Origin: Leucoraja ocellata
Lineage: Eukaryota
Direction of reading: 5' to 3'
Length of the DNA: 64,000 bases
NCBI GenBank assembly: GCA_036785375.1
Contig: JAWMAR010000001.1
Span: 18,848,001-18,912,000, forward strand
Below, piece after piece: positions 1-12,642 of this stretch; positions within the stretch are counted from its first letter, which is position 1, and each line of letters opens with the position of its first letter. The notes under the pieces are model-generated. The model was given only the letters and a program-made list of their open reading frames with translations, had not been told where the DNA came from and ran no database searches. Position numbers and translations under genes: made by a program.

Positions 1-571
1 ATTTAAGCAATCAGATCCTGGGAATTTATCATCTTTCAGGCTATTAGCTCTTCACAAACTATTTTTTAATGCTTATATTTTTGATCTCCACATTTGTATT
101 AAGCCTATCTCTCTCCACAATTTCCATGTTTTCCTCAGTCCTCTTCCAGGCTGGCAGAAATATGTTTCATTTCTCTTGTTTCCTTTATCCCTGACACAAT
201 TTCTTCTGCCTCAGTCTTTAAATTCTCCCACATTAACTGTAGCGAATCTTTTCTGTTACACATTTATAGTTGCTGTGTAATAATCTGCTACTTTATAACC
301 TGTTCTTGCTCATGTTCTACTTTTCATTTTCATATAAAAGCTTTCATCTTCCTTTACTGAAATGTCACCTCCCCTCCAGTTTAACTTCATTTTAAACAAC
401 ATTACATGCCTATTCCTTTGATTTAACTCCTGTTCTGTATTACGTTTATATATTCTGTTGTGCTGCAGCAAGCAAGAATTTCATTGTCCTATCTGGGACA
501 CATGACAATAAAACTCTCTTGACTCTTTTATACTCAGCTATATTATAACAACTGGACATCTTTTTTGTTGA

Positions 572-787
572 GAGTAAACAAAAATGCTGGAGAAACTCAG
601 CGGGTGAGGCAGCATCTATGGAGCGAAGGAAATAGGCAACGTTTCGGGCCGAAATCCTTCTTCAGGCAACGTTTCGGCCCGAAACGTTGCCTATTTCCTT
701 CGCTCCATAGATGCTGCCTCACCCGCTGAGTTTCTCCAGCATTTTTGTGTACCTTCGATTTTCCAGCATCTGCAGTTCCTTCTTAAA
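572..787. mobile_element. Fold-back Penelope-like (PLE) terminal-repeat element
   Basis: Two inverted arms; 16-bp TSD acatctttttkgttga (556-571 / 788-803, 1 mismatch); hammerhead-like core on the minus strand at about 638-665. Confidence 0.8.
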
Positions 788-901
788 ACATCTTTTTGGT
801 TGATATTCTTTTAATTTAAAAGGGAATATATATTATTCGTGAACAATATTAATTATTTAAATCTATTCCATTATATGATAAATATAATGTACCTTTCCCA
901 A

Positions 902-1000
902 GGTAAACAAAAGTGCTGGAGAAACTCAGCGGGTGCAGCAGCATCTATGGAGCGAAGGAAATAGACAATGTTTCGGGCCGAAACCCTTCTTCAGACTGAT
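902..1000 (-). mobile_element. PLE terminal-repeat fragment
   Basis: Same family as 572-787; minus strand CTGAAGAAGGGTTTCGGCCCGAAACATT. Confidence 0.8.
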
Positions 1001-1520
1001 CTTTTCCTTTCCAAATATGGCAGAGCCAACACTCCTTATCCAATTGTTGCTTGCATTATTCAGATTTAAGACCCTAGTTTCAGATTAAACTAAATAATCT
1101 TCTCTTTTTATGTAAGATTCTAACATATTATGATTATTGCTTAAAAACTTTAGATCTAGTATTGTTCCTTTCTCAATGCATAATGCTTGATCTAAATGAG
1201 CCTGCTCCCTCATACATTCTTCAATATACTGATCTAGAAGACTATATTCAATTCATCCTCCACACCAACACTTCTAATTGTCAAGCTAGAGATTAAAATC
1301 ACTCATGATTATTTCATTATCCTTGTGCTGTGCTCCATATTTCCTGGTTTATATTCTGCATTGCCTCAACTGTTTGGGGGTCTATAAACAACATCAATGC
1401 TTTCCGCCCTTTGCTTGCTCCCATTGAGGGGCTAGATCCTTTCTCTTCACTGCCTTTATTGCATATCTTAGTATCAGGTATACCACACCCCCTTGTCTTT
1501 ATTGCTTCCCTTTAAAAAAA
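1000..1520 (-). mobile_element. Degraded CR1 LINE endonuclease-region fragment
   Basis: Decayed resemblance to the CR1 ORF2 5' region. Confidence 0.35.
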
Positions 1521-1775
1521 TCTATTTATATCATCAACCTCATTAACATTGTTATTCATCAAAAACTCTTTTGGACCTTATTCACCTTCAACAAATCTCA
1601 TGTTCCTCATTCACTCCATGTTAATGCATTTAACTTCAGTTTGGTATTAATTCCCACTAGTTAATTTCCAATCTCCTGAATAACAGTCGCACTGCAAATC
1701 TATTTTCAGTTGTTCCAAAGAATGCGCATCAAAAGTGTTTCAAATATTTCATAGAAAGTTTAAAGACATAATAAT

Positions 1776-2062
1776 GAATTGGAGGAACAGCACCTCTTTT
1801 ATTTTGCTTGGGCAGCTTCCGCCCCAGCGGTATGAACATTGACATCTCCAACTTCAAATAGCCATTGCTTTCCTCTCTCTCCATCCCCTCCACCTTCCCA
1901 GTTCTCCCACCTGTCTTACTTTCTCCGACTATATTCTATCTCTGTCCCACCCACTCCCCCTGACATCAGTCTGAAGAAGGGTCTTGACCCGAAACTTCAC
2001 CCATTCCTTCTCTCCAGATATGCTGCCTGTCCCGCTGAGTTACTCCAGCATTTTGTGTCTAC
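1776..2062 (+). mobile_element. PLE 3' end (GIY-YIG C-terminus plus terminal repeat)
   Basis: Frameshifted ELEEQHL..LGS..PSGMNIDISNFK*, followed by CTGAAGAAGGGTCTTGACCCGAAACTTC. Confidence 0.8.
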
Positions 2063-3270
2063 TTAATTAATTATATCAGTTCCATTTCAGTCATTCACCC
2101 ATTAATACAAACAGGGACATTCTTCATGACTCCATCCCATTATTACTGTCACACTGTTTCCTTTCTCCCAACCACCAATCCTTTATCATTCTCTTTCCCC
2201 AGTCACCTACTACAATACTGCAATCCCTCCCAACTACCAACAAAAGTACAGGAATATTAAACTACCTCTTATATCCAAAAACCTGAACCCATGACCTTCC
2301 TGTTAAAAGGAACAGCTTTCACCTATCAGACCACAAACAGACAAACTACCATTCACCTCACCCCCCCTCCCTCCCCCCTCCCTCGCTCTCGAAGGAGAGC
2401 AGAAAATACAACGGACGAGGTATAACATAGTATTGCAGGATCCAAAGAAAACTATGGAGTACATAAATGCAGAACCTTATGGAAGTTCACACTGGAGTTT
2501 AATTTGAATATATGGAATTTACAGACTAAGATCACAACCGGGTCTTTCACTGTTAATTGACTGAGTAACAATGAAACAATTTCTGGATCTAACCAACGCA
2601 ACTAACTTAAAAACTGCAGAGAGACTGCTGTATCTTTTTAACAATAAAACAGATGTAGTGTAAGTTAAATTTTAAATTATAAACATTCCAGATAATAATA
2701 GCTTTACAATGCTGATTTTCTAGAAGTCTTGAAATTATAATTAGCTAGACTACCCCGCAGTGTTGTAAATAAGTTCAACCATGCCACTTGGCAGTTTGCA
2801 GATCGAGCCAAACTGGTTAGAAAGCGTATTTGCCAAAGGGAAAAAAAGCCTTTTTCCATGATCAAAATGACTGGTGCAAGAATTCTCCTTGTGCCAACTT
2901 GCTATTTATTTAAAAGATTTGTACAACCGCACGAGAGAAAGATGCTTTGGGGGAAAAAAACTTAGCATTCAGTGCTATGCTACACAATACATACTCGCAA
3001 TGAAAAAATATCAGCAACTGCTCATTTGCAGCATGGCGGTATTTTGCAGAATCTTCAACCTTTCTGACTTTTGAAAAGCAATAGCATCTTTAAAGTTTAA
3101 AGCCACCATTTCCCCTCCCACCAACCAGTTTTCATAAAATGGCTGTGGCCTTCTTAAACCAGGCCCAGGTTCCAACCCTGTAGCTGTTTGCTGCCAGACA
3201 GACTAAACACTGTTCTTGATTTTTTTTCTTTAAAAAGCCCAGCCCACAGGCACGGGCATCAGCCACAAAC

Positions 3271-3275
3271 CTCAT
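3271..3275 (-). CDS. TNRC6B: Coding part (ATG AG, 'M-R') of the internal first exon of the canonical MREKEQ-type TNRC6B isoform
   Basis: GCACTGCTGCACTTTATGAG|GTTTGT; phase 2, same as the EESKQ exon, so both can join one common downstream exon. Confidence 0.8.
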
Positions 3276-3620
3276 AAAGTGCAGCAGTGCAAGGATCCAG
3301 CAAGTTGAGGCATTCAAGGCAAGAGCAAAAGAAGAATATTAAATCAAAAAAAAAACAGATTCTCTCTTCTCTTTTAAAAAAAAACAACAAACGCTCAAAA
3401 GCCAGCAGAGACTGCGGCGGCCATTTTGGCAGGAACTTAAGAGCCAGCTTCTGTGGGAAGCTTTTATTTGTGACCTTCAGAAAGAGGCTGTCATGTGATC
3501 TACTGTCCCATCAATCATACGGGGGTGGGGTAAGAGAGAGGCCGAGAGAGAGGGAGAGGGAGGCCGAGTCCCACCTTCCCCACAAGCACAGGCACTCTGA
3601 TTGGTAGTTTACATGTTCTA
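3276..3620 (-). promoter_or_regulatory. Internal TNRC6B promoter and 5'-UTR
   Basis: YY1-type CAAAATGGCCGCC at 3416-3428; GA repeat 3531-3562; CCAAT on the minus strand at 3600-3604; directly upstream of the ATGAG|GT exon end. Confidence 0.65.
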
Positions 3621-5069
3621 ACATGCAGCAGGACCCTGTAAGGTTAATCCCTCTGCGTACAGCACCAGAGCAATCTGCAACTTAGCAACAACATTAACTC
3701 TTCCACTGCCTTCCTGCAAGCTATCTCTTTCACCAGGCACATAGATAAGCAGCACTCGTCTCTCTTTCAATTCGTGGTGCTCCATAAACACACAGTGTTG
3801 AACTTTCCACATTGTGTGTTCAATGCATGGTACAAATGACCTGCATCAGCAATTTTATTGTTATCAGTCACGCTTTCAATAATCCACTATCCATTCAGGA
3901 GTTTCCTGGAAGCTCCACTGTAGCAGCCCTTAGCTCCGGCACCCAACAAATATTCGCCATTAACATCATTTCTGAATCGCTCTCGAAAGATTAAGGCGCA
4001 GCGTTTCCTTCGTGAGCAGAATCCCAACATTCCACCAGAACCTGCCATTGTCACATTCCACCCAAACGACCTTAGACAGACCAACTTCAATGAATAACAT
4101 TTCCAGTTAATTTCAATAGCAATAAATGCCTCTAATTTTGGCCAGCCTGGTGTTAGCAAACAATATCAATCTAGTCAAGTCATTCATATGTCCCAGATAG
4201 AACAATGCAATTCTTACTTGCTAACATTTAGACTTAAAAGCACCAAGCAATAAAGCTGCTTTCATGTTAAAACCACTGTGACTATTACCTGGCTGGAAAT
4301 GAGCAATAAACTCATAAATGGATTTGCAACAGTAGTCTTGTTTTCAGTCAAATACAGCATAAAGGCAGTTTAAATACTACATCTTGCTTTTCAATGGTGA
4401 GGTAAAAGACAAATTGTATAGAATCAGATTACACATTTTTAGCTCCTGTTATAACCCAGCTGGTGAATGTAATAGACAGTATTATCCTGGCCTCAGATTT
4501 TCCATTTCTGCTATTTGCAAAAATAAGACTCAGTACAGGTTTTGTAATTTCTTCCACGGTAAGCATGTCAAACAAAGGAACAAATTAAACCCCCTTTGCA
4601 AGTGTTGATCACGTTCTTGAGAATCTCTTGTTAGAAACTGTAGGTATATGGATGCAGGAAGAGGTCTCGATTTGAATGTACTGTCACTCAGTCAATGACA
4701 TCATCTTGCTGATGTTATGTTGCACCCGAGTAATCTTTGCAATTTCAGTAGAATGCAAATAAGCAGAAGTACAAGAGAGCATATCCACTCAGGAGCAAAC
4801 AGACTGAAACACTGCAGACTAGGTTGGGGGTACTAGGAATTTGAATCAATGGCAATGAAGAAAAGGCAATAAAGTTCCAAGTACAATAATGCCTGATCTA
4901 AGGGAAATTGGATATAATGGTATTCCCATGCACTTTAATTTAAATGTCCAGAAATCCCCAGATCACTGCAGGAGGCAACGATAAGACAGAAATAAATAAT
5001 AAAAAATTCATTTTATAAAATAAACATAATCTTTTGAGTTATTTTTATTTATTTATTCGCATAAATGTA

Positions 5070-5960
5070 TTCATTTAGTAAGGCTAGTATTTAATACCCA
5101 TCCCCATTTACCTGTGGTATATAAATGATGAGCTGCTTGAGCTGCTGCAGTTGGGGGGGGGCTTTAGGCTTTCATTCTCTGACAACAAAGGAATGCCAAC
5201 ACATTTCCAAGATATTGTCTGACTCAAGGTGACTTGGTTGTCCAATTTTCCTGCTTAGCATCCCCTACAAGGTGGTATAAAACCACTGGGCTGTGCCATT
5301 TACAGTAGTTTGGCAAACTGATAAAATACTTCCATTTTGTATTTGGTATATTCCATGCCCGTATCACACTAGTGGTGGAATGACTAAGTAATATGGTGAA
5401 TGGGCTATTAATCAAATGGGTGTGTTTAGAAGAGAGAGAAGGACTTGACTGAAACACACATGATCCCAAGGAATTGTTCGGAAAATATTTCCTCTTGTGG
5501 AAGGATTACTGTTTAAAGATATGGGGTCATCCATTTAAAAGAGCGATTAGGCAAATGTTTTTTTCTCTGTGAATGTTTAGAATTCACTTTGTCATTGAAA
5601 GCAGAGTTTCTGAATATTTTTAAATTCTTGATATGCAAGGTGCTGAAAGGTTATCATAGGTAGACAAGAACATGAAGTTGTGGTTACAACCAGAGCAGCT
5701 TTGATCTCTTTATATGACAGAGCAAATTTAAAGGGCAGTCCAATCCTCTGCCTATTCATACAGTTTTGAAGCTACATCAATCCAGGCAAATGGAAAGTAC
5801 TCCAACTCACTGTTGACTTAAATCTGTCAAGTAATGGAAACATTTCTACAATCATTTGATGTGTCACTTATCAGTTCTGATGTACTCCAAAAGCACGTGC
5901 CGGTACACACGTGCCTGTGTGCTGTATGGTCTGGATAAGGTTCTGACCAATCGTTTTATA
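5070..5960. mobile_element. Old non-LTR LINE fragments (nested, opposite orientations)
   Basis: CR1-like 3' end at about 5400-5750 (+) within a decayed minus-strand LINE resembling 46600-47045. Confidence 0.4.
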
Positions 5961-8279
5961 AAATAAGAAAATCCTAGAAGCACCTATAAGAGTTTCCAGC
6001 ATTTTCCATTAATGTTTCAGATTGCCAGCATCAGCAGTTTTTTTATTTTCAGATTTGGTCAACGGTGATTCTAGCGTGTTGGCGGTGGGGAATTCAACAA
6101 AGAGATGATTTCATGGGCAGTTGATAGAATCTATTTCTCTGTAGGTGATCAATGTCTGATATTTATGTAACAGATTTAAATAATGTAACAGATCTTAAAT
6201 AAACCTCATTTAAGATGTATCTAAGTTCTTGTGTAAAGTGATACTTGCATCGAGCTGAATACTAAAATGAATTTCACTGTACATGTGACAAATAAAGTAC
6301 CACTGAACCCTACCTATCCAGGGCTTGAATGTTCACCAGGCCCTGCTCATATAGACAGAATTCATTTTCCTAGGAATTTTGTTAACATTAATCTCAACTG
6401 AGGAAAAATACAAAACAATATATGGGAGAAAATAAAACTATCTGCAGAAAGTTAAAAGGAAAGAAATTGCCCTCTTCATATCGCATGACACTTTGTACAA
6501 GCCTGTATGTGTAAACAATATCATATGCAGTTGAATGAAAAATGAGCAATTCTAATGGACTATCTTTGAGTACTCACATTTTTTTTTTTTTTTAAGTTTT
6601 TTCCTTGGCAAAACTAAAGTAGAAAAGGCCTTGCATTTTTTCCTGCCTCTTCCACTAAACAGAAGAAACTGGCAAGTAAACAATATGTCCAGTGTTACAC
6701 ATTTACAAGAGAATTAAAAGATATTACACTGGTACACAGAGCATTTCTGGTTGTTTCAACTTTACAGTTTAAGAATATTTTGATTTTTAGGAACAGAATT
6801 CTGATTCTGGTAGAACAAAAAAAGTTTTTTTTGCTAGAAATACTCTTAACCATCCACCTTCTAACCGTATCCCTTGATTCCTTCTGCCAAGAAGCATTTA
6901 CCCCTTGCAGCTATATTTCCTGGATCAATGGGCTCTTAGTTTCAGTCATTTCTCCCCTCCACATTCGGTACCCAGCGATTTTAAATTTCTCGTTGCTTGG
7001 GTTTTGATCCCCTTACCGATCAGGAAACAATGTGCATGATCAACTTTGGCAATTATTGGAATAGTACATCATATAGTACATTTTCAGGTCTGAATGCCAC
7101 GCATAACCATGAAATACCAATTTCATTCCATTTCCAAACTACAGGTAAAACTGATTCCCGATTTTAAAATACTATAGGCAATGCATGTACAGAATTTATG
7201 TTGATGTCATGCACATCAGTAAGAATGACGTTTTAAAATAACCAATTAGTCATCTAACCGGTCCATAAAGTACTACACATACCCCAAATTCCCAGGTTAC
7301 AATGAACATCTACTGTATAATCAAAAAGTGGTTAAAGAGTTGCAGCCAGATAAAACTGACAAACGCTACATAAATAGAATTCAATTAAATTCCCATTACA
7401 ACTAGAATGTCATAAATGCTGCAATGCTATTTTACTTGGTTATATATATGCTACACTCTAGTGTGCGAATAACTATTTCCAAAATTTAGGTGTTTATGCC
7501 ATATACCAGAACGTACAAATTAAAACCTTCTGGGACACCAAGTTTTCTCTCACTGAGGAATCCAGAATAGGTTTCAGAAGAAGAGGGCTGCCCATTAGCA
7601 CAGTGATGATGAAGATTGTTTGTTTCTCAGAAGGTAAAGTTCTTTACCTCTTGAAGCCATGGAATATATTCAAAGCCAAAACAGATTTTTAACCTATAGG
7701 AAATTCAACAGTTCCGGGGACATGAGAAAAGAGGATCTGGGGACAAGATTATTCCATTTGTAGTTTTATTGAATTCCTGATCCTGTTTCACACATCCTTT
7801 AATTTGTTTCCTGAAGAGCAAAACGCTGAACCAGAATATTGTTTGACTGCTGTTCCCCTTGATTACAGACATTGTCTAAATAAGAGCAGGTTTTTGGACA
7901 TATGCCTTTGTTTTTGTTTTCAACCGATTTTTGTAGCAGCTTTCATTCATTTGGATCCTTTTACTCCTTGAATGCCAAACAAAGGACTTTCTAAGTTGAT
8001 CATTGAGAACGCGTCATGATTCTTCTTTTGACATTTATTCAGAACATTTACCCTATAATCTCTACCTTTTTGTGGTATCAATTTCAAAAGTCCAAGTAGC
8101 ACTATTTAAGCCTTCCCTTTCAAGTTCTAAAGTAAGGTGATACATTTCCCAGGCACCGTATTTAATTCAATACTAATGGATTGGACAGAGGGAATATCAT
8201 GATAGGGCGAGACCAAAGGGTGAATGTGGCAGTTTGAGGCAGACTACCCTTTGTCTGATATGTGTTGTTATTAGCAAGG

Positions 8280-8730
8280 CTGTGGGACACACTCAGCAGG
8301 TCAGGCTGTAATACTGGAGAGGAATAGGTCAAGCCAAAAATCACATTGGGTGACCAGTTCTGATCCTAAGAGAAAGGACTGTGTTATGTAGATATGGAGA
8401 AAACAATACAGTCTACATGCCCAGATAGCAGAGGAGATGTTATTCCTTTCTGGCCTTGTGTAACAGTACAGGGGGCCATAGACTGATACATCAGAACGGA
8501 AATATAATGTATATTCTCTGGATTATAACTGAGGACCAAAAGCAAATGCTCCACAAATCAATCATCCAACCTGCATTTGGTATCTCCAAAGGTAGAGGAG
8601 CCCACACTGTGAACACTAAATGTAGTACACTAAATTGGAGGAATTGCTGCTCCTGCTGGAAAGACCATTTGGGTCCTTAAATGGTGGAAAGGTATCAGGT
8701 GTTGCATGGCCTTCAGCTATGTAAAATGTA
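8280..8730 (-). mobile_element. Degraded PLE GIY-YIG fragment
   Basis: Minus strand gives a decayed LY.GDTKCRLDD.FVEHL, resembling YIGETKRRLGDRFAEH. Confidence 0.55.
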
Positions 8731-8831
8731 CTTTCCACAACACTTTTTCTTTACTATGCTGATAATTTCAGATTTAGTCTCCTATTTATTTCTCTTCCAG
8801 GCATGGCTTTGTCTAATTCACTTGCCTTTTA

Positions 8832-9450
8832 CCAGAGAGGCACAGCATGGAAACAGGCCCTTTGACCAACAAAATCCATGCCGACCATCAACCACCTATT
8901 TACACTAATCTTATATTAATTCAATTTTAATTCTCACCATATTCCCATCAATTTTGGATTCTACCACTCAAATGATAACAATAAACCCATCAACCAGCCA
9001 ATTAGTTTCGTTTTTTCAGTTTAGAGGTGCAGCGCGGAAACAGAGCCTTCGGACCACCAAGTCCTAACCGACCAGCGATCCCCGCACATACCCTACATAC
9101 ACTTGGGACAATTATTTTTACATTTATACCAAGCCAATTAACCTACAAACTTGTACGTCTTTGGAGTGTGGGAGGAAACTGAAGATCACGGAGAAAAGCC
9201 ACGCAGGTCATTGGGAGAACCTACAAACTCCGTACAGACAAGCCCCCAGAGTCAGGATCGAACCTGGGTCTCTTGTGCTGTAAGGCAGTCGCTCTACCGC
9301 TACCGTGCCACCCAATCTTAAGAATGTGGGAGGAAACTAGATCACTCGGTGAAAGCCCATGAAGTCACAGAGGGAATGTGCAAACTATGCACAGTCAGCA
9401 CCCACCGCAGGTGTATTGAGGCTGCGGTTCTACTGACTGTGCTGTTTTGC
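8832..9450 (-). mobile_element. Older V-SINE with a younger V-SINE (9003-9312) nested inside
   Basis: tRNA-derived head, V-domain (gtgggaggaaac...gaaaacccacgcaggtcac) and CR1-type tail occur twice in nested order. Confidence 0.75.
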
Positions 9451-9764
9451 TACCCCCTTTCGGTATCACTTGCATTATTCACTCTCCCACAGTTGACATT
9501 CCTTCACAGACAGGAAGAGGGTAACTGAAATGAAAAAACCCTGGAGAGTGTAACTACGAATTTAATAATGAGAAACAAAAATGGTAGATAGTTTAAATCA
9601 ATAGTTTGCAGTAGTGAAGAACACTGCACATATATCTCAACATTGGAAAATTGACTAGTTTTACATAGCATGGAAGACCAATTCCAGTCATAAGGGACAA
9701 GATATTGGCAAACAACCAGTGTAAAAGCAGAAATATTACCAGAATGTCTTTTCCCCAGAAGGGA

Positions 9765-12130
9765 AAAATCAAAAAGAGTTAAGGTGAGACAAACATTGTT
9801 GAATGGAGATGTGTGGATCATTATTTTTTACACAGAGGATGGTGAATACCTGAAACGCCTGCCAGAAATGGTGGTGGTGGCAGACATAATAGTGGCATTA
9901 AAAAAGGCTTTTGGATAGGCACTGCATATGCAGGAAATAGAAGGATATAGATTACTTGTAGGTAGCTAAATATTATTCTTGGCACCATGTTTGGCACAAA
10001 CATTGCAAGCTGAAGGGCCTGTTCGTGTGCTGTACAGCTATATGTTCTAAGAAAACAATGTACTGCGCCTAAGAGTTTTACAGGAAATAGCAATAGAAAT
10101 AGTGGAGACATTGGGTGAAGTTTGTCACAACTCAAGAGTTCCAGGAGGATACCAGCAGATTGGAAAACCACAAATGTGATTCAAATATTCAAGGAAGGAA
10201 GGAAGACAAAAGATGGCAACTAAAGGCCAATCAATTAGCGTTGGCAAGGTGGCAGAGTCTATAATTAAGGAAAAATATAGCTAGTAATTTTCACGAAACT
10301 TGGTGCAATCAAACTAAGTCAACGAGATTTCATGAAAAGAAAATATGTTTGCAAATTTGCCGAAATTCTTTGAGGATGTAACAAGCAGAATCAAAACACG
10401 AGGACTTGTTGATATCAGAAAATTAAACTTCCAGAAGGTATTTGCTAAGGTGTCGTATAACAGGCGGGTGTACAATATCACAGCTCATGGTATTGATGTG
10501 CATCTTCCCCTTTACTGTACCTATTGTACTTGAGTTTGAACTGATTGTTTCCATGTATGGTGTCCATGATCTTCTTGGATAGCATGCAAAATAAAGCTTT
10601 TTGCTATACACGTGACAAAAATAAACCTAAACCTAAATTAATGTGGATTAAAGTTTATGTGTCGGAAGGAACTGCAGATACCAGTTTAAACCGAAGATAG
10701 ATGCAAAAAGCTGGAGTAACTCAGCAGGGCAGGCAGCATCTCTGGAGAGAAGGAATGGGTGACGTTTTGGGTGGAGACCTTTTATGTTCCGTGCGGATCG
10801 CCAAAGTCAGAATGAATGGGTTTTCCAGAGAAGGAAAAAAACTAATGGAGTTCTCCAAGAATCAGTCATTGGCTCTCAATTATTTAGTACCTTCATTAGT
10901 AACTTGGAAAAGAGGACAGTATGTTGCTGATGACACAAAAATAAGTGCTGATGACAACAAAATAGGTGGGTTAGGGTCGGAGATAGGATATAGATGGATT
11001 CTGCCTGTGGGCAATAACTTGACAATTGATGTTTAACAAAAGGAAATATACTGTTGTGGTCTTCAGCAAAAGCAAGTTAAAAGCAGACTATTATCTAAAT
11101 GGAAAGAGACTGCAAATGAGCAGAGCACAGGATGGATTTAGGTGCTCTTTGTGCATGAAATACAAAAAGGTTAGCAAGCAGGTAAAGCAAGCAATTAGGA
11201 AGACAAATTGCATTCTTTGCAGGGCAGCTGCAGTTTGGAAATGCAGAGTATTTTTACAATTGTGCATGGTGTAGGTAAGGCTGCACCTGATATATTTGGT
11301 ATGGTTTTTGGCCCCTAATTGATGGCATTAGAGGCCATCCAGAAAAGATTCACTCCACTCATTTCTGGGATAAAAGGATTGGCCTATCATACCAAACATA
11401 ATTAGTCAAGTTTGTATATTTTTTAATACAGAAGAATGAGGGATGATCTTATTTGAAACATACAAGACCCCAAGAGAGCATGACAGTGTAGATGCTGAGA
11501 TGTTTCCACTGGTGGAGACACATGAATAGGGGTTCTTGGTCCTCCAAAATATTCCAAATGGAATTTAAACAGGAGGTGGAGGGTGGACTTAAGCAAAAAA
11601 GGATTCTTGGATTCTTAAATTTAGTTGCATCTGGTTGAGTAACTATGGTAGGGTGAAGACTGTTCCATGCTTTAATTGTGAGGTGGAAGAATGAATTGCT
11701 GTACACGTCTCTCTTGGTAGCTGGTATCTCAAATAGGATCGAATGCCCTCGTCTGCTCCTAATAGGTTTGGGTTTGGTGTAGGTTTGGTAATCTATGTCG
11801 AGCTGACCATTTAACATTTTGTAAAAACAGGTCAAACGGTGAGCTTTACGCCTCCTGGAGAGGGTTCAACCCCAGTGAATTCAGAAGTTTGGTAACACTC
11901 GCTTCTCTCTCATAGGTATGTGTAGCAAATCGAGCTGCTTGTCTTTAGACACATTCGATGGAAGAAATGTTTCTATTTGCGTATGGTACATAGTTACAAG
12001 ATAAGGAACGTTTACTTAAGACTGAAGTGCACAAGAATTTCTTCTTACAAAGAGTAGTGTATCAATGCAATCATGGAGGCTAGATCACTAGATCTCTAAA
12101 GAGATGGAAGATCACTTTTGCAAAGGTTAG
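9765..12130 (+). mobile_element. Degraded CR1 LINE mosaic with nested insertions
   Basis: RT remnants (NFQKVFAKV, YVADDTKI, KADYYLNG); nested PLE repeat at 10660-10780. Confidence 0.7.
11531..11985 (-). mobile_element. 3' end of a different non-LTR LINE (CR1/Jockey group) inserted in the CR1
   Basis: ORF remnant CFYKMLNG...NSFFHLTIKAWNSL; the same 3' tail recurs at 55841-55915. Confidence 0.7.
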
Positions 12131-12134
12131 AGAA

Positions 12135-12642
12135 TTGAGAGCCTCGAGGAGCTGGCAGAGAAGAGGAGCCACAGCCATATTTCGGAAACACGCCTGGCTT
12201 ACCCACCGCAGAACCACAACAACCTGCCCGAAGAGGGAGCCACCGAGCCCAGCCTCTGCTCGTCCCGGAGTGGAGGGGATGGTGGGAGTGGCCGACAGCA
12301 GACACAAGAACAAAGAACCAGTAGCTTACCTTCTGCACCCTCAAGGTCAACGGCAAGAGGTGACCTGGTGCACAAAGGCTGAATGGCGGACGGGCTTGAA
12401 GAGGGACGACAGTTCACTGGACAATCCAGATGGTGATGACGGCTGCAATGGGCCAGTTTTGGTTTGGACTTTGAAAATGGCACAAAAACCGGGTGACTCT
12501 TGCATATGGTCCCAGTGGGATATTTTTATACACTTTGTACTTAATCTGGGATTGTATTTATGTAGGTAATATTTTACTGAATTATATGGAAAAAAAAGAA
12601 TTTTAAAGCACCTTGATACATGTGATAATAAAGAACCACTGA
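12135..12642 (+). mobile_element. Retroposon with a Rex/L2-type 3' tail
   Basis: GC-rich body ending in atacatgtgataataaa, a tail motif recurring in the window. Confidence 0.5.

Noticed and set aside
2995-3110. Short minus-strand ORF MVALNFKDAIAFQ... with donor-like GA|GTATGT
   Set aside because: Lies downstream of the better-supported ATGAG|GT donor and stops before the donor; the resemblance to the talin start is coincidental
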